A stretch of DNA of 43,516 bases from assembly GCA_023261815.1 (NCBI GenBank), contig JALNKA010000007.1, positions 1 to 43,516 of the forward strand. Reading direction: 5' to 3'. The stretch's first letter is position 1, and every line of letters begins with the position of its first letter. The DNA is from Candidatus Wolframiiraptor sinensis. GTDB lineage: Archaea; Thermoproteota; Nitrososphaeria_A; Caldarchaeales; Wolframiiraptoraceae. The notes beneath the pieces are model-generated. The model was not told the origin of the DNA, did no database searches, and saw only the letters and a program-made list of their open reading frames with translations. The translations under genes and the position numbers were made by a program. This document shows, one piece after another, positions 18,012 to 27,363 of the stretch.

Positions 18012-19121
18012 ATGCCGGAGATCTGGTTCAGGTATGGGGGCACTGAGGTCTCGCTCGAGATCCCGGATGATCTAAGATACAGGATACTCGAGCCCAGGGA
18101 GCTTAAGCCCGATGAGAAGCTCTGGAGGGAGGTCGGCGCGTTCGCGGACAATATTGGGAGAGATGCGGGTTCAAGAGGCTTCACGATACTTTATGATCAC
18201 TCGGGGGACAAGCTGCCCCTAATAATCTTGAGGCATCTCGCCGACTCCCTCGAGCAATACTCGGATAAGATTAGGGTGATCGTGTCGAGCTGGAGGCTCG
18301 ATCCATCCGAGGGCTGGGAGGATGCGAAGAAGGGGTTAAAGGAGTATGGCGTAAGAGCCGAGATACTGGATGTAAGGGACTGTGAAATGGAGGAGTTTGC
18401 GGGAATGAGGGTCGTGAAGGAGCTTCTCGACGGCTCCGTGAAGCTGATCTTCACGGCCTCGGAGCCCCATGGATTATTCGGAAAAGCCTCGCTTCGGGAG
18501 GCATTGGTTCTCGGAGGCTTCGCCGAAGTCGATCTCTCAGAGGACATTCAAGCGGATATCATGCGGGCGTGGAGCCGGCTGGTCGAGGGGCTGAGGCCGT
18601 GGGCCATCACCGTGCTCAATGATCGCCTGTACATGGGCGACGCGGAGGATGTAGCTAAAAGCGTCTACGGCACGGAGTGCGAGATCCCGGTTGAGGACTT
18701 CGATGCCGTCTTGGCAGGCTGCGGCGGAAGGCCCCGGGACTCCTCATTCCAGCTCATCGCCCACATTATCGGTCTTCTAAGGGACTCAGTGGTAGATGGG
18801 GGTCTGATAGGGCTCGTGGCGGAATGCAGCCGCGGCCTCGGATCAAAATCATTCATGGAGGCTATTCTCGATGGCGGCGGAACCCAGCTCGACCGAGCTC
18901 TCGCAAGGCTAATCCGAGCTATCCCCGGTGATAGGAAGATAGCCCTGGTCACGACGCTCCCCCGAAGCATTATGAGAAGGCTCCTCGACATCAGGTGCTT
19001 TGACACACCGGAGGATATGCTGACCTACGTATTGAGGAGGTATACAAGGGAGGCTCGCATCCTCATACTCGAGAAGCCGCATGCCAAGCCCATTAGAAGG
19101 AGTATGCGGGGACAAAGCTGA
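18012..19121 (+). CDS. Divergent LarA/DUF2088-like protein
   Basis: MPEIWFRYG.TEV.LEIP N-terminus, GCGGRPRD, GGLIGLVAECSRGLG; catalytic LarA motifs not seen. Confidence 0.6.
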   Translation: MPEIWFRYGGTEVSLEIPDDLRYRILEPRELKPDEKLWREVGAFADNIGRDAGSRGFTILYDHSGDKLPLIILRHLADSLEQYSDKIRVIVSSWRLDPSEGWEDAKKGLKEYGVRAEILDVRDCEMEEFAGMRVVKELLDGSVKLIFTASEPHGLFGKASLREALVLGGFAEVDLSEDIQADIMRAWSRLVEGLRPWAITVLNDRLYMGDAEDVAKSVYGTECEIPVEDFDAVLAGCGGRPRDSSFQLIAHIIGLLRDSVVDGGLIGLVAECSRGLGSKSFMEAILDGGGTQLDRALARLIRAIPGDRKIALVTTLPRSIMRRLLDIRCFDTPEDMLTYVLRRYTREARILILEKPHAKPIRRSMRGQS

Positions 19122-20196
19122 GGGCAATCATAAGCAGGACTGCCGCGAATAGGAGCTTCCTTCCCCTCGATAACGGCGAGACCTCGTCAAGGGGAGGTAT
19201 ATCCGGCATCCGGGACATCAGGAGTAAGAAGAGTATCGCGATGAAGAAGTAGCCCATCACCGCCAAGAATGCAAGAGATATGTAGCTGGCGATCCTATGC
19301 TGCCTCGGTGTGAGAAGGCTCCTGAAGATCTTGGATCCATCCAGCTGCCATATCGGCAGGAGGTTAAGCGCCGTGACTAGGAAGCCGAGCCACGCGGCGA
19401 AGCCCGTTACTCCCGCTATGAGTGGAACCTTCCCGGGAACAGCCGATAGAATCATTATCAGCTCCATTATTAGCGGCGCTGGAAGGAAGCTTCCCCCGCG
19501 GCTCTTAATAGCCTCAACCACTTTGAGGTACTCGGCTTCCGTGAGCCAGAGAGTCTGAACCTTCACGACGAAGATCGATGCGAGGAGGCTTATGATGAAG
19601 CTCATGATGGGGCCACTGATCCCGAGATCAAACATATCATCTCTATTGATTATCGGCTCTTTCTGGAAGATCACCGCGCCGAATGTCGGGATCATGCCGG
19701 GTATCCCCGGTATGAAGTAGGGGAGCGTGGCCTCCATTCCACTTCTCCTAGCCGATGCGAGGTGGCCGAGCTCATGTAATCCGATGATCATCATCAGGAA
19801 TATCGTGAAGAGGCTTGCTTCGAGGAATTTGTCGAGGATGCTTCTTTCGCCGAGCAGGATATCGTAGCCGGGGGATGAGGCTCTGAGAAATCCGTCCACG
19901 AAGACCGCCGCCAGCGTGGCGATGAATAGTATCAGCGGGAGATTCCTGTACCGCATCCAGCCCAGAGCCGGCTCGCGATATCTGAACACCCTAATCACGA
20001 CCTTGCCATCCTGCAGCCTGGCAGCTGGAAGATACCCGAGCCTCCTCAGATCTTTGTAAAGCTTTCGGAATCTATCCTTAATCTCCCTCTCCGCGACCTG
20101 AAACGTGAGTATCCCGGCCTCATAAAACACGTTCTCTACCGTAAAATGCTCCGAGACCGCTCTCTTCAGCTCCTCGAGCTCACTATAGTATTCCAA
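19093..20196 (-). CDS. Site-2 intramembrane zinc protease (M50)
   Basis: HELGH, PYFIP, TFGAVI, GISGP, LNLLPIWQLDG; likely TTG start at 20196 after a GAGGAAGG SD (the longer ORF overlaps the opposite-strand gene). Confidence 0.9.
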   Translation of the reverse strand: MEYYSELEELKRAVSEHFTVENVFYEAGILTFQVAEREIKDRFRKLYKDLRRLGYLPAARLQDGKVVIRVFRYREPALGWMRYRNLPLILFIATLAAVFVDGFLRASSPGYDILLGERSILDKFLEASLFTIFLMMIIGLHELGHLASARRSGMEATLPYFIPGIPGMIPTFGAVIFQKEPIINRDDMFDLGISGPIMSFIISLLASIFVVKVQTLWLTEAEYLKVVEAIKSRGGSFLPAPLIMELIMILSAVPGKVPLIAGVTGFAAWLGFLVTALNLLPIWQLDGSKIFRSLLTPRQHRIASYISLAFLAVMGYFFIAILFLLLMSRMPDIPPLDEVSPLSRGRKLLFAAVLLMIALSFVPAYSF

Positions 20197-20284
20197 GACC
20201 TTCCTCGTCGAGAATTCAGCCGGCGACTTTAATAGTTTACGAGACCTGCCGAAGAAATATATCTGGGGGAAACGCAATCCAATC

Positions 20285-20833
20285 ATGGCGTTTAGCGATA
20301 AGGTCTGCAGGTATTTTGAGAAGCCTGGACCGGCGAATACCGAGGCCGTCGTAGAGGCGGTCTCCAGGAGGCTTGAGGAGGGCGATATCCGGGCTGTAGT
20401 CGTCTCGAGCACTTCGGGGAAGACGGGGCTGAATTTCGCTGAGAAGCTCCAAGGCAGAGCTCAGGTCATAGTCGTATCATATGAGAGGATCTCGACGAGG
20501 ATCAGGAAGAGCATAACCGATCTCGGGGGAGTGGTTGTGGATGAGGCGAATCTGCCCCTGCATAGGCGCGGAATGGACAAGATGAGAAACGCGCTCTACA
20601 TGCTGGGCCAAGGGTTCAAGGTGGCAATCGAGGTGATATTGATAGCGGTTGATGAAGGGGCTCTAAAAACCGGTCAGGTGGTTATAGGCGTTGGGGGGAC
20701 AGGGCGGGGAGCGGATACGGCCATAGTCGCTAAAGCCTCATCCTCGAGGGAGATGATCGGCCCCGTGATTAGGAGAAGATTCGAGGTTAGGGAGACAATA
20801 GCCATGCCGCTGAGGAAGAAGTGGTGGGAATAA
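20285..20833 (+). CDS. Pyruvate kinase alpha/beta C-terminal-domain protein (COG1751-like)
   Basis: YFEKPGPANT, VVSSTSGKT, GQGFKVAIE, GGTGRGADTA. Confidence 0.85.
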   Translation: MAFSDKVCRYFEKPGPANTEAVVEAVSRRLEEGDIRAVVVSSTSGKTGLNFAEKLQGRAQVIVVSYERISTRIRKSITDLGGVVVDEANLPLHRRGMDKMRNALYMLGQGFKVAIEVILIAVDEGALKTGQVVIGVGGTGRGADTAIVAKASSSREMIGPVIRRRFEVRETIAMPLRKKWWE

Positions 20834-20890
20834 GAGGGGAGAAGATAAAAGGGGGCTGCATCACGCTCATAGCTAGAGGAAGACTAGGCT

Positions 20891-21385
20891 ATGGTGATCG
20901 ATGATAAGAGTCAGACCGTGCAGATCAGGCAAGCCTCGCCAGCGGATCTACCGCGCGTGATGATGATAAACAGGCTATGCCTCCCCGAAAACTACACCTA
21001 CTTCTTCTTCGACTCGATTCTCCAAAGCTATCCCAAAGCATTTCTGGTCGCGGAGGTCGGCGATGAGGTCGTGGGCTACGTGATGTGCAGGGTTGAGCAT
21101 GGGCTCTCAAAGCTCGATAAGCTGAACATGAAGAGGCTCGGCCACATCATCTCCATAGCCGTTCTCCCCGAGCACAGGAGAATGGGGATCGCGACCGCGC
21201 TACTGACAAAGGCGCTGGAAATACTCAAGGAAGAATACAGGTGCTCGGAAGCATTCTTGGAGGTTAGAGTCTCGAATGATCCCGCCATCTCGCTTTACCG
21301 GAGGCTCGGATTCGAGATCGTCAAAATCTCGAGGGGATATTATGTTGATGGCGAGGATGCTTATGTGATGGCGAGGAGGCTCTAG
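20891..21385 (+). CDS. N-terminal acetyltransferase Ard1/RimI (GNAT)
   Basis: INRLCLPENY, GHIISIAV, RRMGIA, LEVRVSN, YYVDGEDAYVM. Confidence 0.93.
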   Translation: MVIDDKSQTVQIRQASPADLPRVMMINRLCLPENYTYFFFDSILQSYPKAFLVAEVGDEVVGYVMCRVEHGLSKLDKLNMKRLGHIISIAVLPEHRRMGIATALLTKALEILKEEYRCSEAFLEVRVSNDPAISLYRRLGFEIVKISRGYYVDGEDAYVMARRL

Positions 21386-21696
21386 GGCTGGGGGAATAGT
21401 TCTCCAGCCTTCACCCTGATGAAAATCACGCTCACCTCATTAGGCTCGGCCGAGACCTCATCGCTAAACCTAATCCCCCCAGTTATCCTGTTGAGGTGGG
21501 CAAATCTTTTCCCCGGGACCTCATCGAGCCTAGCGAAGTAGATTATTGGGGTCAGAGATGCTATGGGCATTAGGAACGTGAATGCTATCTTGCGCTCTTC
21601 ATCCACATTAATCACGGATGCGTGCAACGTGGAGGCGATCCGCACGAGCTCATCTATCCCCGAAACCTCTATGCGCAGCGGCTCAACCCCGCTCAT
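21382..21696 (-). CDS. Conserved hypothetical protein (resembles the small 'cren protein' family)
   Basis: 104 aa; IEVSGIDELVRIA...PIIYF pattern; follows the NTP-transferase in the same operon. Confidence 0.6.
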   Translation of the reverse strand: MSGVEPLRIEVSGIDELVRIASTLHASVINVDEERKIAFTFLMPIASLTPIIYFARLDEVPGKRFAHLNRITGGIRFSDEVSAEPNEVSVIFIRVKAGELFPQP

Positions 21697-21719
21697 CAGG
21701 GATTATTGGCCTTAGGCCC

Positions 21720-22427
21720 CTAATATTCCTTGAATATTTCGAGACGCGGGATGATCTTCGAGGCCTCCTCGAGATCCTTATGGCTATCTATGCTGAGCCA
21801 TGTGCAGTTCTCGTATGGGCAGGCTCTCAGCAGACCCCGCTCCGCCAGAGCCGGCAGAGTAATTCTTTCCATATTACCCTCATCGGGCAGGTAGTCGAAG
21901 ATCTCGGGCTTCATGGCATAGACGCCGGCATTAATCCAGTAGTCCCTTATCTTCGGCTTCTCGACGAACGACGTTATCTCCCATGTCTCTGGGTCGAACC
22001 GCACTATGCCGTATGGTGATGGAAGGGGGACTAGGGCGATCGCCGCGATGAAGTTCTTGCCCATGGCATCTACGAGCTTGAGTGGGTTTAAGTCGGTTAA
22101 CACATCGCCATTAACCAGCAGGAAGAAATCCTCATCCTCGAGAAGCTTTCTAGCGTTCTTTAACGCGCCGCCCGTTCCCAGGGGGTTCTCCTCGAACGCG
22201 TACTTGATCTTAACCCCGTATCTTGATCCGTCTTCAAGCCTCTCCACCAGTTTCTCCTTCAGGTAGCCGGCACATATCACCAGCTCGCTTATGCCATAGC
22301 GCCTCAACCATCTTATCTGCCACTCTATTATCCCCTTATCGCCGATTGGTAGAAGGGACTTGGGAAGAGTCTCTGTGAGCGGCCTAAGCCGCTTACCATA
22401 ACCTCCAGCGAGAATCGCAGCTCTCAC
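21720..22427 (-). CDS. Sugar-phosphate nucleotidyltransferase
   Basis: AILAGGYGKRLRPLT..PK, PLGTGGA, NGD, FVEKP, INAGVY; probable GTG start at 22427. Confidence 0.92.
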   Translation of the reverse strand: MRAAILAGGYGKRLRPLTETLPKSLLPIGDKGIIEWQIRWLRRYGISELVICAGYLKEKLVERLEDGSRYGVKIKYAFEENPLGTGGALKNARKLLEDEDFFLLVNGDVLTDLNPLKLVDAMGKNFIAAIALVPLPSPYGIVRFDPETWEITSFVEKPKIRDYWINAGVYAMKPEIFDYLPDEGNMERITLPALAERGLLRACPYENCTWLSIDSHKDLEEASKIIPRLEIFKEY

Positions 22428-22476
22428 GGATAAGTCTCCGCGAAAGCATACTATAATTTTTGCCACTGCATAGTGG

Positions 22477-23934
22477 CTACTGTTGCCTGAATCTAATCCT
22501 CTGACCCTGCGCGGTATCCTCCACGAGGATCCCCATTTCTGCTAATCTGCTGCGAATTCTATCGCTGATATCGTATATTCTGCGCCTCCTCAGCTCCTCC
22601 CTAACCTCCAAGAGTATGTCCAAGATCTCTTTCACCTCGACTTGAGCGCGAGCCTTCGAGGGCCTATATTCCTGTAATAGGCCGAAGACCCGTGAAAGCT
22701 CTAGGATCGCGTCATAATATGATTTGAGCACGAGCTTATCATGCCTCGCTCGTGAGCTGATATACGCGTTGGCCGATCGCGTGAGGGCATATATCTCGGC
22801 TAGAGCCCTCGGCGTGTTGAAGTCATCCTCCATCGCTGCCACGAATCCCTTCTTAGCATTCTCGATCAGCTTAATCTCCTCCGCTTCGGCGCCCTCAGGG
22901 GCCTCCCCAGCCTCTTCGAGGAGCTCATAAAGCGCGTCCAGCGTCTGCCTGATCCTCATCAGGTTCGATTGCGCCTGCCGCATCGCCTCCTCATTATAAT
23001 CTATCTGGCTCCTGTAGTGCGATGAGAGCATGAAGAGCCTTATCACGTCAGCCTCATACTTCTTCAGCGCGTCCTTTATCGCGATGAAGTTTCCGAGGCT
23101 CTTGCTCATCTTCTCGCCATTTATCGTCAAGTATCCCGTGTGGAGCCAGTACTTGGCGAAGGGCTTCTTGCCGGTATAGGCCTCGGCCTGCGCTATCTCA
23201 TTCTCGTGATGCGGCAGGATGAGTTCCTGTCCTCCGCCGTGGATATCGATCTGCTCGCCGAGGTACTTCATCGCCATGACGCAACACTCGATGTGCCATC
23301 CGGGGAACCCCTCGCCCCACGGGCTATTCCATTTGAGGAGATAGCCTTTCTCAGCCTTCTTCCAGAGCGCGAAGTCCGCGGGGTTCCTCTTGCGCGGATC
23401 CGGCTCGATCCTATGCTTTACCAGCTCCTCATATTTTATGCCTGATAGTTTTCCGTACTCGGGGAACGTCGAGACGTCGAAGTAGACGTTTCCATCCACG
23501 ACGTACGCGTGGCCTTTCTCTACAAGCTTGGCGGCCATCTCGATCATATCGAGTATGTGCATTGACGCCCTGGGCTGTATGTTCGGCCTCCTGATTCCAA
23601 GTGCATCCATATCCTGGAAGAAGGAGAACATGTACTTGTCAACGAGCTCCATGGGCTGGAGCTTCTCCCTCCTCGCGCCCTCTATCACTCGATCCTCTCC
23701 GGTCTCCTCCCGGATGTGCCCAACATCCGTGATATTTCTGACGTAAATGACCTTGTAACCATAATATTCGAGGAACCTTATTATCGCGTCGAAAGCAATG
23801 TAAGTTCTCGCGTGTCCCAGGTGGGCGACGTCCTGGACCGTGGGCCCGCAGACGTACATCTTAACGACACCGGGCTCAATAGGCTCGAAAACCTCGACTC
23901 TCCTTCCAAGAGTATTGAAGACCCGGATTGGCAT
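22477..23934 (-). CDS. cysS: Cysteine--tRNA ligase
   Basis: MYVCGPTV, HLGH, DFALWK, PGWHIEC, PHHENE, KMSKS. Confidence 0.97.
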   Translation of the reverse strand: MPIRVFNTLGRRVEVFEPIEPGVVKMYVCGPTVQDVAHLGHARTYIAFDAIIRFLEYYGYKVIYVRNITDVGHIREETGEDRVIEGARREKLQPMELVDKYMFSFFQDMDALGIRRPNIQPRASMHILDMIEMAAKLVEKGHAYVVDGNVYFDVSTFPEYGKLSGIKYEELVKHRIEPDPRKRNPADFALWKKAEKGYLLKWNSPWGEGFPGWHIECCVMAMKYLGEQIDIHGGGQELILPHHENEIAQAEAYTGKKPFAKYWLHTGYLTINGEKMSKSLGNFIAIKDALKKYEADVIRLFMLSSHYRSQIDYNEEAMRQAQSNLMRIRQTLDALYELLEEAGEAPEGAEAEEIKLIENAKKGFVAAMEDDFNTPRALAEIYALTRSANAYISSRARHDKLVLKSYYDAILELSRVFGLLQEYRPSKARAQVEVKEILDILLEVREELRRRRIYDISDRIRSRLAEMGILVEDTAQGQRIRFRQQ

Positions 23935-24054
23935 CCGGCTAAATTACTGCGAACAGATGAGTATAAATACCGATTTTCCGGGCCGGGGAAAAATTTATAA
24001 GTAACACTGTAAAAGATGATGATCGGGAATAAAAAAGTTTAGGAGGATTCGGAG

Positions 24055-25011
24055 GTGTCTTCGGAAAGGAAGAGATCCCCGCTTTGGAGAGAGGGAATGC
24101 TTTGCCCAGAATGCGGTAATGATGTCCTGATCCATGATCCTAGGACTGGGGAGATAACCTGCCCGAGCTGCGGCTACGTCGTTCAGGAGAGAGATGTCGA
24201 TAGAGGGCCTGAGTGGAGAAATCTCGATGAGGAGGAGGATAGGAGTAGAGCCGGCGCGCCGCTCTCGATAATGTACAGGGATCATGGCCTATCAACCGTG
24301 ATAGATAGGATCGATGAAGATGCTGCTGGGAGGAAGCTGCCGAAGGAGGTTAGGGAGAGGCTTCTAAGATTGAAGAAGCTTGATGCGACATCTCAGGTCA
24401 GCGCTTCCGAGGCCAGAAATCTCCAGCAGGCGGTCAATATACTGCAGATTTACGTGGATAAGCTGAGGCTGAGCCAGGCGATAGCCGAGGCAGCGATGCT
24501 CATCTACCGGAAGGCGCTGAAGGCCGGGCTGGTTCGGGGCAGATCCATCAGGTCAATAATGGCCGCGGCGGTTTATGCTGCTTGCAGGCTAATGGGCGCC
24601 CCCAGGGATCTAAGGGAGCTCGAGAAAGCCTACCCAATAGTCAAGAGAAAGACGATAGCTCAGGGCTATAGACTTCTCCTGAAACATCTGAACCTGAAGG
24701 TTCCTGTCGCTGATCCGGCAATATTCCTGAATAAGATAGCCTCTAAAGTTGGTCTCGATGAGGCGACCGTGCAGGAGGCTCTAAGAATACTCGAGGAAGC
24801 TCATAAGAGGGGCGCAACGATAGGAAAGGATCCCGTCGGTATGGCGGCTGCAGCGCTATACATGGCATGCCAAGAGAGAAATCAGCCGGTGACGCAGAAG
24901 GATATCGCGAGAGCGGCCGGCGTGACGGAGGTTACAGTCCGGAATAGGTTTAAGGGGTTGAAGGAGATTTTGGAGAGCCAGCCGGTTGCTAGCAGATCCG
25001 CGCCATCGTAG
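24055..25011 (+). CDS. tfb: Transcription initiation factor IIB (TFB)
   Basis: CPECG...CPSCG zinc ribbon, DRGPEWR, RGRS, TQKDIARAAGVTEVTVRNR. Confidence 0.97.
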   Translation: MSSERKRSPLWREGMLCPECGNDVLIHDPRTGEITCPSCGYVVQERDVDRGPEWRNLDEEEDRSRAGAPLSIMYRDHGLSTVIDRIDEDAAGRKLPKEVRERLLRLKKLDATSQVSASEARNLQQAVNILQIYVDKLRLSQAIAEAAMLIYRKALKAGLVRGRSIRSIMAAAVYAACRLMGAPRDLRELEKAYPIVKRKTIAQGYRLLLKHLNLKVPVADPAIFLNKIASKVGLDEATVQEALRILEEAHKRGATIGKDPVGMAAAALYMACQERNQPVTQKDIARAAGVTEVTVRNRFKGLKEILESQPVASRSAPS

Positions 25012-25034
25012 AGCTTACAGTTTCTTCCACGCAG

Positions 25035-25343
25035 CTAGATGACCTCGATGTTTTCGTCGAGCCATCCTATCGATAGCAAAATCTCTCTGACCTTCTGCCT
25101 ATGATCTCCCTGGAGAATAATCGTGTTATTTTTCACGGTTCCGCCGGATGCACAGGCGGCCTTCAGCATCTTCGCGAGCTTGTGCAGATCTTCCGCCCCA
25201 TCATCTAAGCCCTCTATGATTGTTACAGGCCTGCCCCACTTCCTGGTCTCAAGCTTTATCTTGATCTTCTGTTGCTCGCGGCTTATCGCCTGGCATGCGC
25301 AGATTGATTTCGGTAACCCGCAGACCGGGCAGATTCCCTCCAT
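25035..25343 (-). CDS. Translation initiation factor SUI1 (aIF1)
   Basis: CPVCGLPK.IC.C, VTIIEG, CASGGTVK, LQGDHR. Confidence 0.95.
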   Translation of the reverse strand: MEGICPVCGLPKSICACQAISREQQKIKIKLETRKWGRPVTIIEGLDDGAEDLHKLAKMLKAACASGGTVKNNTIILQGDHRQKVREILLSIGWLDENIEVI

Positions 25344-25448
25344 TACCTACCTCCTTTCAAGATTAGGAGATTGTGCGGTTATATAAGTTTGCCCCCGAGA
25401 ATCTCGTTAAAGAGACGTGATTGATTTTATTTTGGCTGAGCGGAGGAG

Positions 25449-26636
25449 GTGGCGATGGGGGCGCTACGCGTTGATGAGGGGTATATCGTCTCGATGGCCT
25501 CAAAACTCATTAGCATAAACTCGGAGAATCCTCCTGGCCGCGAGGCTGAGATCGCAAGCTTCCTCGCCGAGAGGCTTTCCGAGCTCGGGCTTAAGGCGCG
25601 GGTTGATGCCTTCGATGGGCGGGCTAACTGCATAGGGGCGAGCAAGGATTTTGGAGGAGCCGATCTCCTGCTTCTAACGCACCTTGATACTGTTCCAGCG
25701 GGCGAGAGGAGAGCTTGGAGCACTCCTCCATTTGGAGGGGTCATTCGGGATGGAAGGCTTTATGGCAGGGGCGCCGCTGACGCGAAGGGGTGCATCGCCT
25801 CGATGCTCGGAGCCTTGAAGGCTTTAGCGGATGGTGGAGTGGAGCTCGGCGGAGGCGGCCTAGTCTTCGCCGCGGTCGCCGACGAGGAGGCGGAGTCCCA
25901 GGGCGTCAGAAGGCTTCTCGGAAGCGGGTTTAGATCGCGTTATGCTGTCGTCGGAGAGCCCACGAGCTTCCGCGTTTGCGTAGCTCATAAGGGGAGGCTT
26001 GTCGCCGCCGTGAAGATCGCGGGAAGATGCGCTCACTCCAGTAGGCCGGAGCTGGGGGTAAATGCTCTATATGCGGCCGCTGAGCTCGCTCTCGGGATCG
26101 AGGAGCTCTCCAAGAAGATTTCCGGAAGAAGGCATCCCCTCCTCGGCTCTCCCATAGCCTCGGCGACGATCCTGAGGGCTGGCGAGAAGGATAACATGGT
26201 GCCGGGCTGGGCCGAGGTGATCCTAGATTATAGGGCTCTGCCGGATGAAGACCTCAGCACGATCATCGATGAATTTAGGCGCATAGCCGAGGAGATTGAT
26301 CGGAGGAGGAAGGCTAGGCATGAGATCTTGGTCCTCCGCTGGGTTCCGCCATCGGAGACCGATCCAAGCTCCAGGATCATCGAGGCCGCCGCCGAGGCCG
26401 TGAGGACTGTTCTGGGACGCGAGCCGGAGATAGCGGGCTTCCAGGCGACATGCGATATGAGCTACCTAGTTAATGAGGCGCGAATCCCCTCCGTAATCCT
26501 CGGGCCCGGGAGCCTAGAGCAGGCTCACTCCGTGGATGAATGGGTCTCCGTCTCGGAGCTCATCACGGCGGCCAAGATTTATGCGCTGATAATCCTCGGG
26601 ATCCTGGAGCCAGCTTATGCTCCGGACTCCTCATGA
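25449..26636 (+). CDS. M20 metallo-amidohydrolase (ArgE/DapE family)
   Basis: HLDTVP, LYGRGAADAKG, DEE, GEPT, HSS.P..G.NA, AHSVDE. Confidence 0.92.
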   Translation: MAMGALRVDEGYIVSMASKLISINSENPPGREAEIASFLAERLSELGLKARVDAFDGRANCIGASKDFGGADLLLLTHLDTVPAGERRAWSTPPFGGVIRDGRLYGRGAADAKGCIASMLGALKALADGGVELGGGGLVFAAVADEEAESQGVRRLLGSGFRSRYAVVGEPTSFRVCVAHKGRLVAAVKIAGRCAHSSRPELGVNALYAAAELALGIEELSKKISGRRHPLLGSPIASATILRAGEKDNMVPGWAEVILDYRALPDEDLSTIIDEFRRIAEEIDRRRKARHEILVLRWVPPSETDPSSRIIEAAAEAVRTVLGREPEIAGFQATCDMSYLVNEARIPSVILGPGSLEQAHSVDEWVSVSELITAAKIYALIILGILEPAYAPDSS

Positions 26637-27310
26637 GCCCTCCTCTTCTCATCATACTCCTCTCTGGTCATCATTACCCTGGCCGGGCATCCATATGCGA
26701 CCATCCCAGCCGGAACACTTCTCGTGACGACCGCGCCGGCACCTATGATGGCCCGCTCGCCTATCTCGACTCCAGCTAGGAGCACCGCGCCGGCACCTAT
26801 GATCGCTTCCCTCGCGATCCTAACTCCTAGAAGGCGCCTACTCACCGGATATGGATCATTCGTCACAATCACTCCTGGGCCTATGAAAACTCCATCCTCG
26901 ATGATTGTTAAGTGGGGGAGATATGCTCCGGACTGTATGCTGACCCTCGATCCGACCTCAACTTTTCCATCGAGCTTGGCATAGCTTCCTATCCTGCTAT
27001 CCGATCCTATTCTTGATCCTTCCCTGATCAGGACGTGATGCCCGGTCTCGACGTTATCGCCTATCTCGACGCCCTCGTAGATAACTGTGTGGCTGCGAAT
27101 AATGCACTTTCTCCCGATTCTGGCGCCGGAGCTCAGGTCGTCTAGATCGGCAAATTTCCCCGAGAACCCGAGCAGCTTATTCCTCCTCGGGTAGCCGACG
27201 CAGACGAACTCATCGAGGAATGTTTCTTCGCCTATCTCGGAGCGCCCTAAGATTATCGTTGATTCGGAGGCGAAGCCCCTCAAGACCGCATGCCTCGAGA
27301 TGTATCCCAT
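26615..27310 (-). CDS. Hexapeptide-repeat (left-handed beta-helix) acyltransferase, WbpD-like
   Basis: Hexapeptide repeats, FIGPGVIVTNDPYP, GAGAVVTRSVP, GCPAR. Confidence 0.9.
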   Translation of the reverse strand: MGYISRHAVLRGFASESTIILGRSEIGEETFLDEFVCVGYPRRNKLLGFSGKFADLDDLSSGARIGRKCIIRSHTVIYEGVEIGDNVETGHHVLIREGSRIGSDSRIGSYAKLDGKVEVGSRVSIQSGAYLPHLTIIEDGVFIGPGVIVTNDPYPVSRRLLGVRIAREAIIGAGAVLLAGVEIGERAIIGAGAVVTRSVPAGMVAYGCPARVMMTREEYDEKRRAHEESGA

Positions 27311-27363
27311 CTGGAGCCCGGCTTAAGCAAGGCTTATACTTGGCAAAAAACATTCCACAATCG

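Noticed and set aside
17135-18046. Long antisense ORFs (303 aa here; also 3941-4654, 27375-28202, 5604-6206)
   Set aside because: Shadow frames of well-supported genes in GC-rich DNA; no motifs.
19093-20412. Long N-terminal extensions of the S2P protease, glycerate kinase (27220) and ThiL (42561) in the ORF track
   Set aside because: They overlap neighbouring genes; better downstream starts exist.
24016-24054. ATGATGA C-box-like motif upstream of tfb (also GTGATGA near 3664 and 33131)
   Set aside because: No suitably spaced CTGA D box, so no support for a C/D sRNA.
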